Source of the DNA: Lophium mytilinum | Lineage: Eukaryota | Reading direction: 5' to 3' | Assembly (NCBI GenBank): GCA_010093605.1 | Contig: MU004183.1 | Coordinates: 186,001-250,000, forward strand | DNA: 64,000 bases | Shown here: positions 35,726 through 47,712 of the stretch, one piece after another | How positions within the stretch are numbered: the stretch's first letter is position 1 | Layout of the letters: each line of letters begins with the position of its first letter | Made by a program: the position numbers and the translations under genes | Notes under the pieces: generated by a model | Database searches by the model: none | What the model saw: the letters and a program-made list of their open reading frames with translations, nothing else | What the model was told of the DNA's origin: nothing

Positions 35726-36793
35726 ATGTCCTACAAACCCGCCATCTCCACCATGTCCCTCGGCCGCTGCTGGGCCGGTCACGACTTCACCCACAAGCTC
35801 GACATGGCCGCCAAACACCACCTGACCGGCCTGGAGATCTTCTTCGAAGACCTCGAAGACGTCGCCGCCCAGCTCCCCGGCGGCGCGACCCCCTCGAACC
35901 AGCTCCAAGCCTCCCACAACATCGCAAAGCTCTGCGCAGACCGCGGCCTCACTATCATCGGCCTACAGCCCTTCCTCCACTACGAGGGCCTCTACGACCG
36001 CGCCGAGCACGCCAAACGCATCGAGAAACTCACGCTCTGGTTCCAGCTCGCGAAAGCCCTGGGCACCGACATCATCCAGATCCCGACCAACTTCCTCCCA
36101 GCAGCAGAATGCAGTTCCGACATCGACCTCATAGTCGCAGACCTAGTCGAAGTGGCCGACATGGGCGCGAAGGAGAGCCCGCCGATCAAGTTCGCGTACG
36201 AGAGCCTTGCGTGGGCGACGCACATCGACACGTGGGAGCGCTGCTGGGAGGTCGTCGCGAAAGTCGACAGGCCCAACTTCGGACTCTGTCTGGACACTTT
36301 CAACATCGCGGGCCGCGTGTTCGCCGACCCGGCGGCGGTGAGCGGGAAGACGGTGAATGCGGAGGCGGATCTGGCGGCGTCGATTGCGCGGCTGGTGAAG
36401 ACGGTGGATGTGAAGAAGGTGTTCTATATCCAGGTGGTGGATGCGGAACGGCTGGCTGCGCCGCTGATTGAAGGACATGAGTTTTGGGCGCAGGATCAGC
36501 TGACGCGGATGAGTTGGTCGCGGAATTGTAGGCTGTTTTATGGGGAGCAGGCGCTTGGCGGGTATTTGCCGGTGTTGGAGATTACGAGGGCGTTTATTGA
36601 GGGGCTGGGGTATCAGGGATGGGTGAGTATGGAACTGTTTAGTCGCGTTATGACGTATAAGGAGAAGGATATCCCGGAGCACTTGGCGAGTAGAGCTGCG
36701 ACGGCGTGGTCGAAGCTTGAGAGGGATTTGGAGCTGAATGGCGGTGGGAAGGGGGTGATGAGAGGTGGGCACGTGGAAGAGGCACGCTTGTAG
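35726..36793 (+). CDS. qutC: 3-dehydroshikimate dehydratase
   Basis: PAISTMSLGR, LQPFLHYEG, FAYESLAW, VDRPNFGLCLDTFN, KVFYIQVVDAERL, RMSWSRNCRLFYGE, GWVSMELFS motifs (xylose-isomerase-like TIM barrel). Ends in ARL. Confidence 0.93.
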   Translation: MSYKPAISTMSLGRCWAGHDFTHKLDMAAKHHLTGLEIFFEDLEDVAAQLPGGATPSNQLQASHNIAKLCADRGLTIIGLQPFLHYEGLYDRAEHAKRIEKLTLWFQLAKALGTDIIQIPTNFLPAAECSSDIDLIVADLVEVADMGAKESPPIKFAYESLAWATHIDTWERCWEVVAKVDRPNFGLCLDTFNIAGRVFADPAAVSGKTVNAEADLAASIARLVKTVDVKKVFYIQVVDAERLAAPLIEGHEFWAQDQLTRMSWSRNCRLFYGEQALGGYLPVLEITRAFIEGLGYQGWVSMELFSRVMTYKEKDIPEHLASRAATAWSKLERDLELNGGGKGVMRGGHVEEARL

Positions 36794-37264
36794 GATACAG
36801 AGAAGTTTATTCATTGAATGATTAGTTGGATGCAGAAAGCAACCTTCGCCAACTTTTCGTGAGTGTTTTGACGTGTCTAGGGCGAGGCTTTCGTTACAAA
36901 CATAAAATGAAGCGCCTTAAGACTATTGAGAGGTGTAAAAGCTTTAGCCAAGCGATGTGGAGAGTGAGGAAAGTAAAGTAGCACGCAAGTGAAGTAGGAA
37001 GCAAACAAGTGAGGAGACAAGGACGGTGGACAGCGTAAGTGAATGAAGGAGAAAGCTTGACATCATGTCTTCGATCAAGCTTCACGTTCAGCAGGTCGCA
37101 TAAGTATTCAGGTCGTTCAGTCGTGCTTGAGTGCTATATGATAGACGAAAAGGTAGAACCCCAAGATCAAGCAATATGTACCAAGCTAATATATTTACAG
37201 TAGAAGATCCGTTAGGTTCAACCGTCAAGAACATGCCCAATTGCCAGTTCATACACCCATCTAT

Positions 37265-39002
37265 TCATACATCAGCGACCACATTCTCAATCCTCGAGAC
37301 CTTCGTCTTTTCAAGAGACAGCCCAGCGCCCTCGGCATCATGTCTGAACTCGTCCTCCGCCTCCCGCAGCTCGGCAATGACCTGCTTATTGGCCTTGTTC
37401 ACAGGCTTAATCTCGAAGAGCCTATCCATCGCCTCAAGCGGGATAGACTTAGTCTCAGGGATAAAGAAGTAAACAAAGACGACCGAGATGATCATGAGTG
37501 AGGCAAAGAAGAAGTACACGCCGTACTCCATCTTGAGGAACATCTGGGGCGTGAAGCGGGAGATGATGAAATTCCAGAACCAGTTGTTTGCCGCGGCGGA
37601 TGCTTGACCGAGGGAGCGGGTGTTTTGGCTGAACATCTCGGAATTGATGACCCAGGGGACACCATTCCATGAAGGAGTGTAGAATGCGGTCCAGAGGTAG
37701 AAGAAGAAGATAGCAGCGATGCCGCCAGAGGAGAGCTTGGTGTTCTTGACGTTCGCGGCTGGGTTTGAGAGCTTGATGTAGGCACCGATGAACCACATAC
37801 AGAGAGAGCCGCCGGTAGCACCGATCATGAGTAACTTCCTACGGCCGAGTCTATCGATCAGGAAAAGGAGCCAGATGAAGGTAACGATGGTCTTGACAAC
37901 GCCGAAAATACCAGTGGTTAGGAAACCGGTGTTAGTTCCTTGAATACCGATGCTCTTGAAGACAGTGGGAGAGTAGTAGTTCTGGAAAGTCTGTTAATGT
38001 ACTGCTCTTAAGATATGGAGTGCTTAAGTAAACTTACAATAGCATTGATTCCAGATCCATTCTGGAAGAGGAAAAGCATACCACCTAGCCAGAATCGCCA
38101 AAGGACTTTCTTCTGCTTCAATGCGGCGAATGGCTTCCAAAAACCGGCACCAACATGGATACGTTCATATTCGAGCCCAGCATCGATAGCAGCAACCTCT
38201 TCAATTAGGTAAAGGTCATCGGCGGGCAAGTTCCGGATCCAGCAAAGGTTCTTCAGAGCTTCCTCTCGCCTGCCCTTAGTGAATAGCCATCGAGGGCTCT
38301 CTTTGATCCATATTGATCCAAAGAGAAGAAGGCCAGCGGGAATGAGCTGGACGGCGAATGGGATAAGCCACTGAGTGTGGGATGGTGCCAAGTGTTCGCT
38401 GATGCCATAGTTGATCCAGCTGTAACTTACGTTAGCGCATTGCGGGTGAAGCTCAATATATTGAGGTCAACTTACAATCCTACCAGGCCTCCAATCTGCC
38501 ATCCCGCCTCGTAGATACCAACCAATCGTCCACGAACAGCCGGAGGAGCTAATTCTGAGATGTAAATTGGTACCATGTTGGAAGCCCCACCAACACCGAT
38601 GCCCGCAAGGACACGCCCGCCAATAATGAGACCAAGACCACGGGCAGAGTTCGCGCCAAGCATCAATCCAGCTCCTAGGATGAACACAGTGACAAAGATC
38701 CAAAGACTCTTCCTGCGGCCTAGGTGGTAGCTGGTAGCGTAGGCAAACAATGAACCGAAGAAGGCGCCGGCTTGGTAGACAGAGACTATGTTGGCCTTGG
38801 TGAGAGCTAGATGGTCCTTTGACATTTTGTCGAAGCCAAATTCTGCGACAAAAGATGGGAGCGCGAGCGTGGTGCCAATGAAGGCCGAGTCGTATCCAAT
38901 CATACATGAGGCGAATGATGCGACGGCGGCGCAAGTGTAGACGCGCCAATTGTAGACGGCCTTGGGCGTCGGCCTGTCCTCGACGAGGGTAAAGAGGCCC
39001 AT
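37265..39002 (-). CDS. qutD: Quinate permease (MFS sugar porter family), 3 exons
   Basis: Exons 39002-38476, 38419-38038, 37981-37265. LVEDRPTPKAVYNWRVY, ISELAPPAVRGRLVG, ESPRWL, QNGSGINAINYYSP, PETKSIPLE motifs. Confidence 0.95.
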
Positions 39003-39306
39003 TGTGGAAGATTTTGTCTTTCTTCTTTCGGGATGGATGGATGAAGATGCTGACAGCAGACTGAAACCCTCAAGAGGGATTGAGTCAAGAGGATCGACTC
39101 AGTGAAGGTCGCCTCAATTATATGAAGGTAGAGAGGAATGGGGACAAGGACAAAGATGAAGATGGAGATGAAGAGAAGTGACAGGCCATGACAGGGCTCA
39201 TCTATTTATCTCCATGTGGCGACTCATCCAGCCCACGTCGACCCCGTGGGGATGGTGTTGAAGCGGGCCGACTGGCATCCTCCTCTGGCACGCCTATGCC
39301 CGCATG

Positions 39307-39322
39307 GGAAGATGAATTTTCC
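39307..39322. promoter_or_regulatory. Candidate QutA-binding 16-bp dyad (qutD-proximal)
   Basis: GGAAGATGAATTTTCC fits the consensus. Confidence 0.5.
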
Positions 39323-39541
39323 TTCGATCGGCTGGGGATCCTCTCTGGGGAAGACGCCAGACTCCTCGTGGCGGGCTCCAGATTTGCGGAGAGGGCTGGC
39401 GGCGGAGAGGCTACAAATGCCGGCGTTTTCATTGGTGTTCAGGGCGGGTATCGAGCCGTGCATGCTGCGGAGCATGGTGTCCTGGCTGTGGAGAAGGGAC
39501 GGCAGATGCTCCCCCGAACTTCACCCAGGCCAGACATCCCC

Positions 39542-39557
39542 GGCAAAGCATTCTACC
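39542..39557. promoter_or_regulatory. Candidate QutA-binding 16-bp dyad (qutB-proximal)
   Basis: GGCAAAGCATTCTACC fits the consensus. Confidence 0.65.
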
Positions 39558-39872
39558 AATCTTCTAGCACCCTTCCCCGCAATAGGGCCGAGAGCAGTGA
39601 GACAGCTCGAGCAGCGGCGGCTCGTAGCTGGCAGTGGTGTTGATTGGTGATGGAGTTTCTAGAAGGTTGGGCGCGAACGTCAGCTCGCCCCGGCTTCTGG
39701 TAGACAGGCATGCCGCAAGTATTGAGGAAACAATTATCTTCGTAAAGCGCTTTCTGTCTATCAAGCCTTTGGTTGCCTTCAATCAGACTTTGCTCAATAG
39801 ACCTACGTGTTCTGTTCGTTTGGACGCCTCCAATCACCCATCGTCGTCACTTCGGGCACTATCGTTATCAAA

Positions 39873-41084
39873 ATGACGGTCACACCAGACTCAGGCCATC
39901 TGGACCGGGTTGGCTACCTCTTTGGCCATCCCATTGCACATTCCATGTCTCCTTTGCTCCATCAGACCGTATACGAGGGGTTGGGACTCAAATGGGCGCA
40001 GCTTCCGCTTGACTCAACGGACATGGATCACTTCCTTAAGTTGATTCAGGATCCGAAGTTCTATGGTAAGTTCCTGGAGTCTCAAAAGCTATTTCATTAT
40101 ACATGGGCTTGAGCATAGTAAAATGAGGGGGCTTAATTGCTCAGTATAAGCAGCCGATGGTCTTCTTGAGCGGTCTTTTAAAAAGGTCGTTTATCAACCT
40201 CAAATCTGCGGATTCTGATGGGAACATCTAGGAGCATCGGTGACCATGCCCCACAAAGTCGCTATCCTGAAGCACCTCGACTCCTTGACCGACGAAGGAC
40301 GCGATGTGGGCGCATGTAACACCATATTCACGCGACTCGATCCTACCACGAACAAGCGTCAATATATCGGAACCAACACGGACGTAGTCGGTATCCGCGA
40401 CGCCTTCTACGAGAACATCTCGGACGCTGATGCATGCTTCCACGGCCGGCCAGCGATGGTTGTTGGTGGAGGCGGCGCAGCAAGAAGTGCAGTCTACGCG
40501 TTAACGAAGTGGATGAAGGCGACGAAGATCTACCTCGTGAACCGAGATCGATCCGAAGTAGACGCGGTCATCAAAGAGTGCACACAGCGTGGGTTTGGCG
40601 GCGAGCTAATCGATGTTGCAAGTGTTGCCCAGGCGGAGAAGCTCGAGGGTCCTGGCGCTGTGGTTTCGTGCGTGCCGAACTTTCCGCCTCGAACGGACGC
40701 AGAGAAAGAAGCCAGGGGTGTCCTAGAATGTCTGCTAGCTAAACAGCATAAGGGTGCTGTGTTGGAAATGTGCTACCACCCATCACCGTGGACAGAGATC
40801 GCCGAGCTTTCGAAGAAAGCTGGCTGGAAAGTGATACTAGGCACAGAGGCGATGATTTGGCAAGGGTTAGAACAGGTAAGCACACGCAACCTTTCCTCAT
40901 GCCCTCCGGATCGAGTGTAGTGGTGTTGAAAGGCTTCTGGAATAGAGGTTCCGAGAATAGGGATTGTCTGCTTCTGGCTAACGACTCGCAGGATAAATTC
41001 TGGACCGGTAAAAAGGCACACGATCTTCCTGTGGAGAGGGTCCATGAAGTCATTGCATCTAGGCTAGACGAATCAAGGATCTAG
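39873..41084 (+). CDS. qutB: Quinate 5-dehydrogenase, 3 exons
   Basis: Exons 39873-40065, 40232-40875, 40992-41084. [53 protein letters not shown] motifs. Ends in SRI. Confidence 0.92.
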
Positions 41085-41415
41085 GCGCAGGTAGCGATGA
41101 CTGCTCAAGCTTTAGCCGGTATGTCCGCCATACGAGATTCCGCCTATCTGCCTAGGGAGAAAGGGGCCAGAGGGGAAAGGGATTAGTGAAGGTGCCGCCA
41201 CGATATGGACCTAGGTCGGTCCGAATGAACGCACATGAGGCTCCATCCAGCACGATGCGAGGTTAAGAAATGATGACTTATTTGAAAGAGTTTGCTATCA
41301 AAGAATGTATGGATATGATAGATCTCAATGGTGGACTAATCTCTTCCACGTGGATGGTGGTAATAAGCATCGATTGAATCCAATCTGTGCTGTAACATGC
41401 ATCACCCCCTACATC

Positions 41416-43068
41416 TTAAGCGCCAGGGCGAGAATAATCCAGATTGCGGACCCTCCGCCAGACTTCCCGCACAGTCCTCTCCTGCCCCTCGCGTCCTGTT
41501 TCAGTGGGAGATGGCCCAGCAGGGCTGTTCCGGGAAATAATTAGCAAAAGGCCATATTAGTTGTAATCTGGAAGCGAAAAAAAAACATGAGACAGCTGCG
41601 GAAAGAGTGATCTGAAATGTCGGATAAAGTGCGGAGATAGGAGAATCCGGAGTGGAAGAAACGTACCGGATTGCTAGATACAATCTGCTACCGAGTCTGA
41701 CTTCTTCCACAGGGGCGGTAGCTTCGTTCTCTGGAGGGTTTGCAGAGGTCACTAAGCCACCTGCTTCAGACAAAATAGCAATGCCGGCCGCGACGTCCCA
41801 TTCCCAGCATCCGCCTTCCCACCTATAAGCAGGATTAATACGTCGTATCTTTAGTGTTGTGGCCAGAGTAAGCTACCAGATGTCGACTGAGCCCATAGCC
41901 GTGTAAGCAAGATCTAAAGTTGCACTATGAAAGAAGAGGTCAGAAATGTCCTTCAGAATCACGGACAGAATGACATCGTCCAGTATGCCCCGTCTTTGTA
42001 CTCACCTTCCTAGACATCTAACCCCGTGAACCATTCCACCTCTTCCATTCCTCCCGCCCACTTCAGCAGCCATGTTAACGAAGCTTTCTACCTTGCGGTG
42101 GAGGTTACTATCCGGCTGATCTCTTCTATCTTTACCCCACTCGCATGCGAAGACGCAACCTCCCGGAGCTTTGGCAGGCATTGAAGGTATCGGATCACGA
42201 ACTAGGGGAAGCTGCTGAGTTTCGTTCAGCCATGCTCCACGTCCAGTGCATGCTGAAAAGAGTTGATTGAGAAACGGTGCGAACACCACGCCGATTGTGG
42301 CCTTGCCGTTCACTATGAAGCCAATGCTCACGCAGAACATGGGGAATAGGTGGATGTAGTTGACGGTGCCTGAGAAGTCCGTTAGTCCTTCATATCTTCT
42401 TCCGAAATTGATCTTCTGAGAGAAATCGGGACACGACGGGAATAGACCTAGAGTGACTTCTACTTTTTAGTGTCCCCAACTCTCCACAATGCGTGGCCTC
42501 ACCATATCAACATCGAGTGAAACCGTGCAAAAAGCACACATACCGTCTAATGGATCCACGCACCATGTTGGCTCATTACCGATCAGGTATTCGCGTGATG
42601 CACCTTTCGAGTACGTCTCTTCTCCAATGAACCTGGTGTTCATATACGCATTAGTGCCCTGCAGACTTCAAATGCTACACTTCGGTTCATAGAAACGACA
42701 CTGACTTATGTGATGGATATTTCTTTGTGACTTGATCTTTGATGAAAGCTTCAACGTCTAGGAACCAAGTCAGCGCCTTTCGCCAACAGGAAAGTCCCCA
42801 AACTTGAAGCCAGTTCGAAGAGGGCGCGCAGACTGGGCCCAGCAAAGGCCAGGGGACTCTCGAGATGAGTCCTCGATGGTATCTTACCTTCATCCGTCTG
42901 CGTGACAAGATCTACAGCATTATCTTTCTCAACATGTTCCTTTTCTTTAGGTCTCTTATCCCCATACCTCAGCTGTGCAGCCTCTAACAGCATCCGCCCC
43001 GCCTCCTTGCCCAAATTGACAGCAAAAGCATAAATGCCGTCCAATTCCTCTCTCGAAAGTTCCGCCAT
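41416..43068 (-). CDS. qutG: Inositol monophosphatase-family protein (QutG/qa-x), 7 exons
   Basis: Exons 43068-42888, 42757-42706, 42632-42544, 42369-42006, 41924-41877, 41822-41667, ~41524-41416. DLVTQTD, FIGEE, WCVDPLDGTVNY, WEWDVAAG motifs. Confidence 0.92.
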
Positions 43069-43374
43069 GTTGAATACAAGGCATGGCTCTCGAGACGCGA
43101 GACCGCTCCGTTTATGAAGCTACGTGAAATCTGGGTAAGGCCGTATGGAGCCGAAATGGGAGCCCGAGACGAGTACCCTTCCGAATCCGATCTATTCCCG
43201 AGCCCTCTCTCCTCTCTTTTCCAACAATTTTGACCGCGCATTGCGCTCCATCGGGCAATCAGATCGCGTCTTCTTAAACCTGACTCCTGGCTCTGTCGGC
43301 TTACTGATACTCACGGCTGTTCCAGGCAGGCTACGGAGAGCGGCCAGCGGTGATCCTCTGACGAATCAGCAGCC

Positions 43375-43390
43375 GGCAAAACGCTCTTCC
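43375..43390. promoter_or_regulatory. Candidate QutA-binding 16-bp dyad (qutG/qutE)
   Basis: GGCAAAACGCTCTTCC fits the consensus. Confidence 0.65.
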
Positions 43391-43560
43391 CAAAGGCCCA
43401 CCAGCACTCTTTTGTCACCATTTCGACCAGCTTCGTGACTGCACAGATGACATTGACTCTACCCACTACCTCATACAGCTAGGAACCGGTCGAAAGCAAC
43501 TACACACCGTCCCTACCCCATTCCCCCCAGCCACTTTGTATCACATCAAAGCCCACCAAG

Positions 43561-44010
43561 ATGGCCAAACGCATCCTCCTCATCAACGGCGTCAACCTCA
43601 ACCTCCTCGGCACCCGCGAACCCGACCTCTACGGCTCCACTACGCTCCCCATGGTCGTCGAGGCCGCGCAGAAGCAATGCGACGCCCTCTCCGTCCACCT
43701 CGAGACCATGCAGTCGAACCACGAGGGCGTCATCGTCGACCGGCTACATGATGCGCGGGGGAACATTGACGCCGTCGTGATTAATCCTGGGGCTTTCACA
43801 CATACGAGTGTAGCATTGAGGGATGCGCTGTTAGGGGTAGAGATACCGTTTATTGAGGTGCACATCACGAATATACATAAGAGGGAGGCGTTTAGGCATC
43901 ATAGCTATTTGAGTGATAAGGCGGAGGCGGTGATTTGTGGGCTGGGGACGTATGGGTATACGGCGGCGATTGAGTTTGCTGTGAAGAATATCCAGCCGAA
44001 GGCGAAGTAG
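43561..44010 (+). CDS. qutE: Catabolic type II 3-dehydroquinase
   Basis: [63 protein letters not shown] motifs. 149 aa. Confidence 0.96.
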   Translation: MAKRILLINGVNLNLLGTREPDLYGSTTLPMVVEAAQKQCDALSVHLETMQSNHEGVIVDRLHDARGNIDAVVINPGAFTHTSVALRDALLGVEIPFIEVHITNIHKREAFRHHSYLSDKAEAVICGLGTYGYTAAIEFAVKNIQPKAK

Positions 44011-44306
44011 TGGAAGGCAGATTGCTGAGGCATTGGGTGGGTTGGCATAGGCATTAAAAGGCGTAGACGAGGTTTATGAGCAGCATGCATAGAATTGGTG
44101 CAGCTATAGCGAGGCTTCTTAACGAAGCTGTTCTCGTTGAACAATTGCGTTTTTACTCAACTGTCGGCCACCATCCGTCCTCCTCTCGAGCAGAAAGTCT
44201 GGGAAATCTAGGGATTCTTAAAATTCTAAGTCCATTTGCGAATGCGATTTCGAGACCCGCATTTTGCTTCCCTTCCATTGGTCTCCATTAACCAACCAGG
44301 GTCTCA

Positions 44307-44322
44307 GGGAGAACTCTCTGCC
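44307..44322. promoter_or_regulatory. Candidate QutA-binding 16-bp dyad upstream of the dioxygenase
   Basis: GGGAGAACTCTCTGCC fits the consensus; ~470 bp upstream of ATG 44788. Confidence 0.6.
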
Positions 44323-44787
44323 GTACCCCTCGCCCGAGTGTGGGGTAGATAGAGGGGAGGCATCTGCTCAACTATGTGGACATTATTGCCCGCCACGGCC
44401 ACGCAAACACCCTGAAAGAAGGAACAGTTTTATCATCCATCAGGCCATCCATAGCATGTTCAAACGTATAATTGACATCTTCTCAGACCATCACCAACCC
44501 ATTGAGACGTGAGAATATACCTACCGCAGCAGCCTTGAAAGCTAACTCCCTGACCACGATTCAACTATCCACTTATCCGTCCCAGAATTGTAAGCTCTCG
44601 GCCAATCTGTGTAATAGTGCGGAATTGGACCGTTACACATTAGATCCCTCAAATATATCCAGCTTATTGTTACCATCTCCCCCCCCCCCCGCCTTTGTCG
44701 TTTTTCTGCTGTGCACCCCAATACCTCCCCCACCCCAACTCCCCGAGACTCATACAGTAGACCATTGCTTCAGCGTACACCGCCCCA

Positions 44788-45916
44788 ATGGACCCCTCCA
44801 AAGTCAAGATCCCGGTCCTAAAAGACCTAACAATCGACAACATCACCGAAAACGTCCACCGCATCAACTCAACCTGCGCCGACCCGCGCCTAAAGTACAT
44901 CCTGGAGCAACTCGTCACACACATCCACGACTTCGCGCGGGAAACGCGGCTGAGCACGAAAGAATGGATGGCGGGGATTGAGTTCCTGACCGCGGTAGGC
45001 AAAATATGCACAGATGTGCGGCAGGTACGCTTCATCTCCCAGCTCCGGCAACCCCAGTTCAAAAGCTAGATTGTTAAATGTCTATTAACACGCTTGCGAG
45101 TACTAGGAGTTCATTCTGCTCTCCGACATCCTCGGCCTCTCCCTCCTCGTCGACAGCATCGACCACCCCAAACCGCCCGCGTCCACCGAGGGCACCGTGC
45201 TCGGCCCCTTCCATACCCACGACGCCGAGCACCTCGCCCTCGGCACCAACATCTCGCACGACCCGGACGGGACGCCGTGTCTAGTGGTCTGCAACGTGCG
45301 CGACACGCACGGGAAGCCGGTGGCGGGCGTGAAGATCGATATCTGGGAGACGGACAGCAAGGGCTTCTACGACGTGCAGTACAGCGACTACGGCAAACCG
45401 GACGGGCGCGTGGTCATGGAGAGCGACGCGGAGGGCGTGTTTTGGTTCAAGGCGATCGTGCCGGTGCCGTATCCGATTCCGCATGACGGACCCGTGGGGA
45501 AGTTGTTGATTGAGTTGGGGCGGCATTGTTGGAGGCCGAGTCATATGCATTTTATGTTTGAGAAGGGGGGGTATGATCATTTGATCACGTAAGTTAGAGT
45601 AGATACTTAGCTTGTTTTAGGGAGAGGTTGCTAACGTGGGGATAGAGCGCTATATTTGAGAGGTGATCCGTATGAGACGTCGGATGCGGTGTTTGGGGTT
45701 AAGAATACGCTGGTTGTGGATTTGGGGACGGTGGATGCGGAGATGGCGCAGAAGTATGGGGTTGAGGAGGGAGGTAAGCTGCTGTCGTATGACTTCGTGC
45801 TTGTTTCGGACGAGGAGTCGAGGAAGTTGAGGGAAGAGAATGCGATGAAGGCGATGGAGAAGCTTGGGAGGAGAATGAAGCTGTACAACGGATTACCTGT
45901 ACCGGACGTCGACTGA
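44788..45916 (+). CDS. Intradiol ring-cleavage dioxygenase, hydroxyquinol/catechol 1,2-dioxygenase type, 3 exons
   Basis: Exons 44788-45024, 45107-45588, 45646-45916. HIHDFARETRLS, RQEFILLSDILG, TEGTVLGPFH; Fe ligands in YDVQY, PYPIP and RPSHMH; DAVFGVK. Confidence 0.9.
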
Positions 45917-46705
45917 TTGGGAGAGCGGAGGTGCAATTAAAAGAGGAACTTCTTTTACGAGAGTGTATGATATCCAGACCTTCTTAGCGCAGGGAATACA
46001 ACAACGCGAGCAACCGTTTTTCTCGAGGCAAAGAGTTCTAGGTTTAGCAACCAGACGCAAACGCCTTAGCAGTCGCCAGCCCTTCCCATCCTGTTTGCCA
46101 AATAATGGCAGTAAGAGTGCCACGTGCAGACACCGGAACAAGCGTTATTTACGTCGAGTGCGATTAGAGATCCATCAACTTATCAGCTTCATGCATGACA
46201 TCTCTTCCAGTGTGACCTTGACCGGAGCGCGTTTGCCAGAAAAGGGTTTAGATCTATCATGTGGTACAGAGATTTAGAGATGACGTGCAGTATGATGCTT
46301 GTTATGACTGGCGTTTGATCAACCTCGTTTACGAATCTTCTTCTAGTCACGTTTCACCGGATCGTCGACTAGACCTGTGAGAGGTTGAAGGTGGGGTCCA
46401 ATATGCATGATGGTCCTTTATTACGTCTTTTCCAGTCATACTTGACCGGATGGCGTACGATATAGAGAGACTCGAAAGACGTTGGGGTTAGTGTGGACGG
46501 GGGAGACTAAAGAGGACCAATGAATGACACTGAGAGTAGATGGATGGCGTCTAGATCAAGAGAGCATGCAGCTTTCTCTACTTTCCTTCTAGTTTCGTTT
46601 GACCGGATTCTGTTGGGTGTGCAAACGTCCTGGATGGCGTCGTAAGTGATGTGGACGGCCTCTAGTATAATAGGATAAGGAATAGAAGAGCCCTGATAGC
46701 GCTGT

Positions 46706-46775
46706 GAGTCGTCCTCAACGAGTCCAGTCGGATAGAGTCGTGCTCAACGGGCCCAGTCGGATAGAGTCATCCTCA
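46706..46775. repeat. 29-bp tandem repeat, 2.4 copies
   Basis: GAGTCGTCCTCAACGAGTCCAGTCGGATA / GAGTCGTGCTCAACGGGCCCAGTCGGATA / GAGTCATCCTCA. Confidence 0.8.
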
Positions 46776-47712
46776 CCCACACCGTCAGCGCACTGGGCGA
46801 CGAGTCCAAACAGCTGCATCCGGGGGCGGATTGCTGTCCAACGCGGGTCGTCTTCAGCTCTATTAGTTTGTCAGAAGGTCGTCTGACTGCCGGGACTAGC
46901 AGCCTGCCAGGCAGCCAGTATACGCGTAGTAGGATGGGGATGAGTCGAAAGGGGGGGCGAGAGAGGGGTGGGAAGTGGCAAAGCCGCCTCTTCATCGAGT
47001 GCATGGCTACTTGACAGTCACCGCTGAAAGAGAGGTGAGAGCACGTATGAAGAAGATAACAGGCTGTGCATCCTACCTAGGTTTGGCGAGGCTGTGTGGC
47101 GGCAGTAGCCACACTTCACACGGGGCCTGCAGTTGATCTAGGCATGCCGTTGGGATCCCCCCACCACTCAGCATGGACCTACAAGGGGAACATCTGCTCG
47201 CCGTGCACAGATCGGTGAAGGCCGGGCTTAAGCGTGGCTTTGGTGGCTAGTCCTGCATGCAGTTTCCCTCGACTGGCATGCAGCGCGTGGTGCAAAGATG
47301 CATGCCGCGTGCAGGCGCATGAAGCCAGGGACTAGCTTGTCAGCGGTGAAGGGCAGAGATTATTCTCCATTGCGGCGTCGCCAGCTAGCAACACAGCGAA
47401 CCTGACCGTCTAGGCAGTCGTCGACATCCTGGATCTGCGTTGAGCACCGCCATGGACCCAATTGATCGATAGTGCTGTAGTCGACTCGAGCGGCCTCCTA
47501 CGCCTTCTTAAAGCAAACTCTATCTACACCTATTCTAATCTCCGGAAGGCGCTTCCTCGCCCTGCCTTGTTGCCTCTCACTCCACAATTCGGAGCTTCCC
47601 CGCAGTCCGACGACTCTTTTTGCCTGCTGCTTTCCTCCATCACACTCCACTTGTTGCTCCTGTTCTTGTCTCCTCCCCATCCGTGCCTCGTTATTGGCAC
47701 AACCTCTCCAAG

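Noticed and set aside
36143..36814. 223-aa antisense ORF over qutC (and similar shadow ORFs over FAS1, DPM1 and the MscS gene)
   Set aside because: Explained by codon bias of the sense gene; no independent protein features.
47352..47368. GGCAGAGATTATTCTCC upstream of the ABC transporter as a QutA site
   Set aside because: 17 bp rather than 16, with the right half out of register; insufficient to include the transporter in the regulon.
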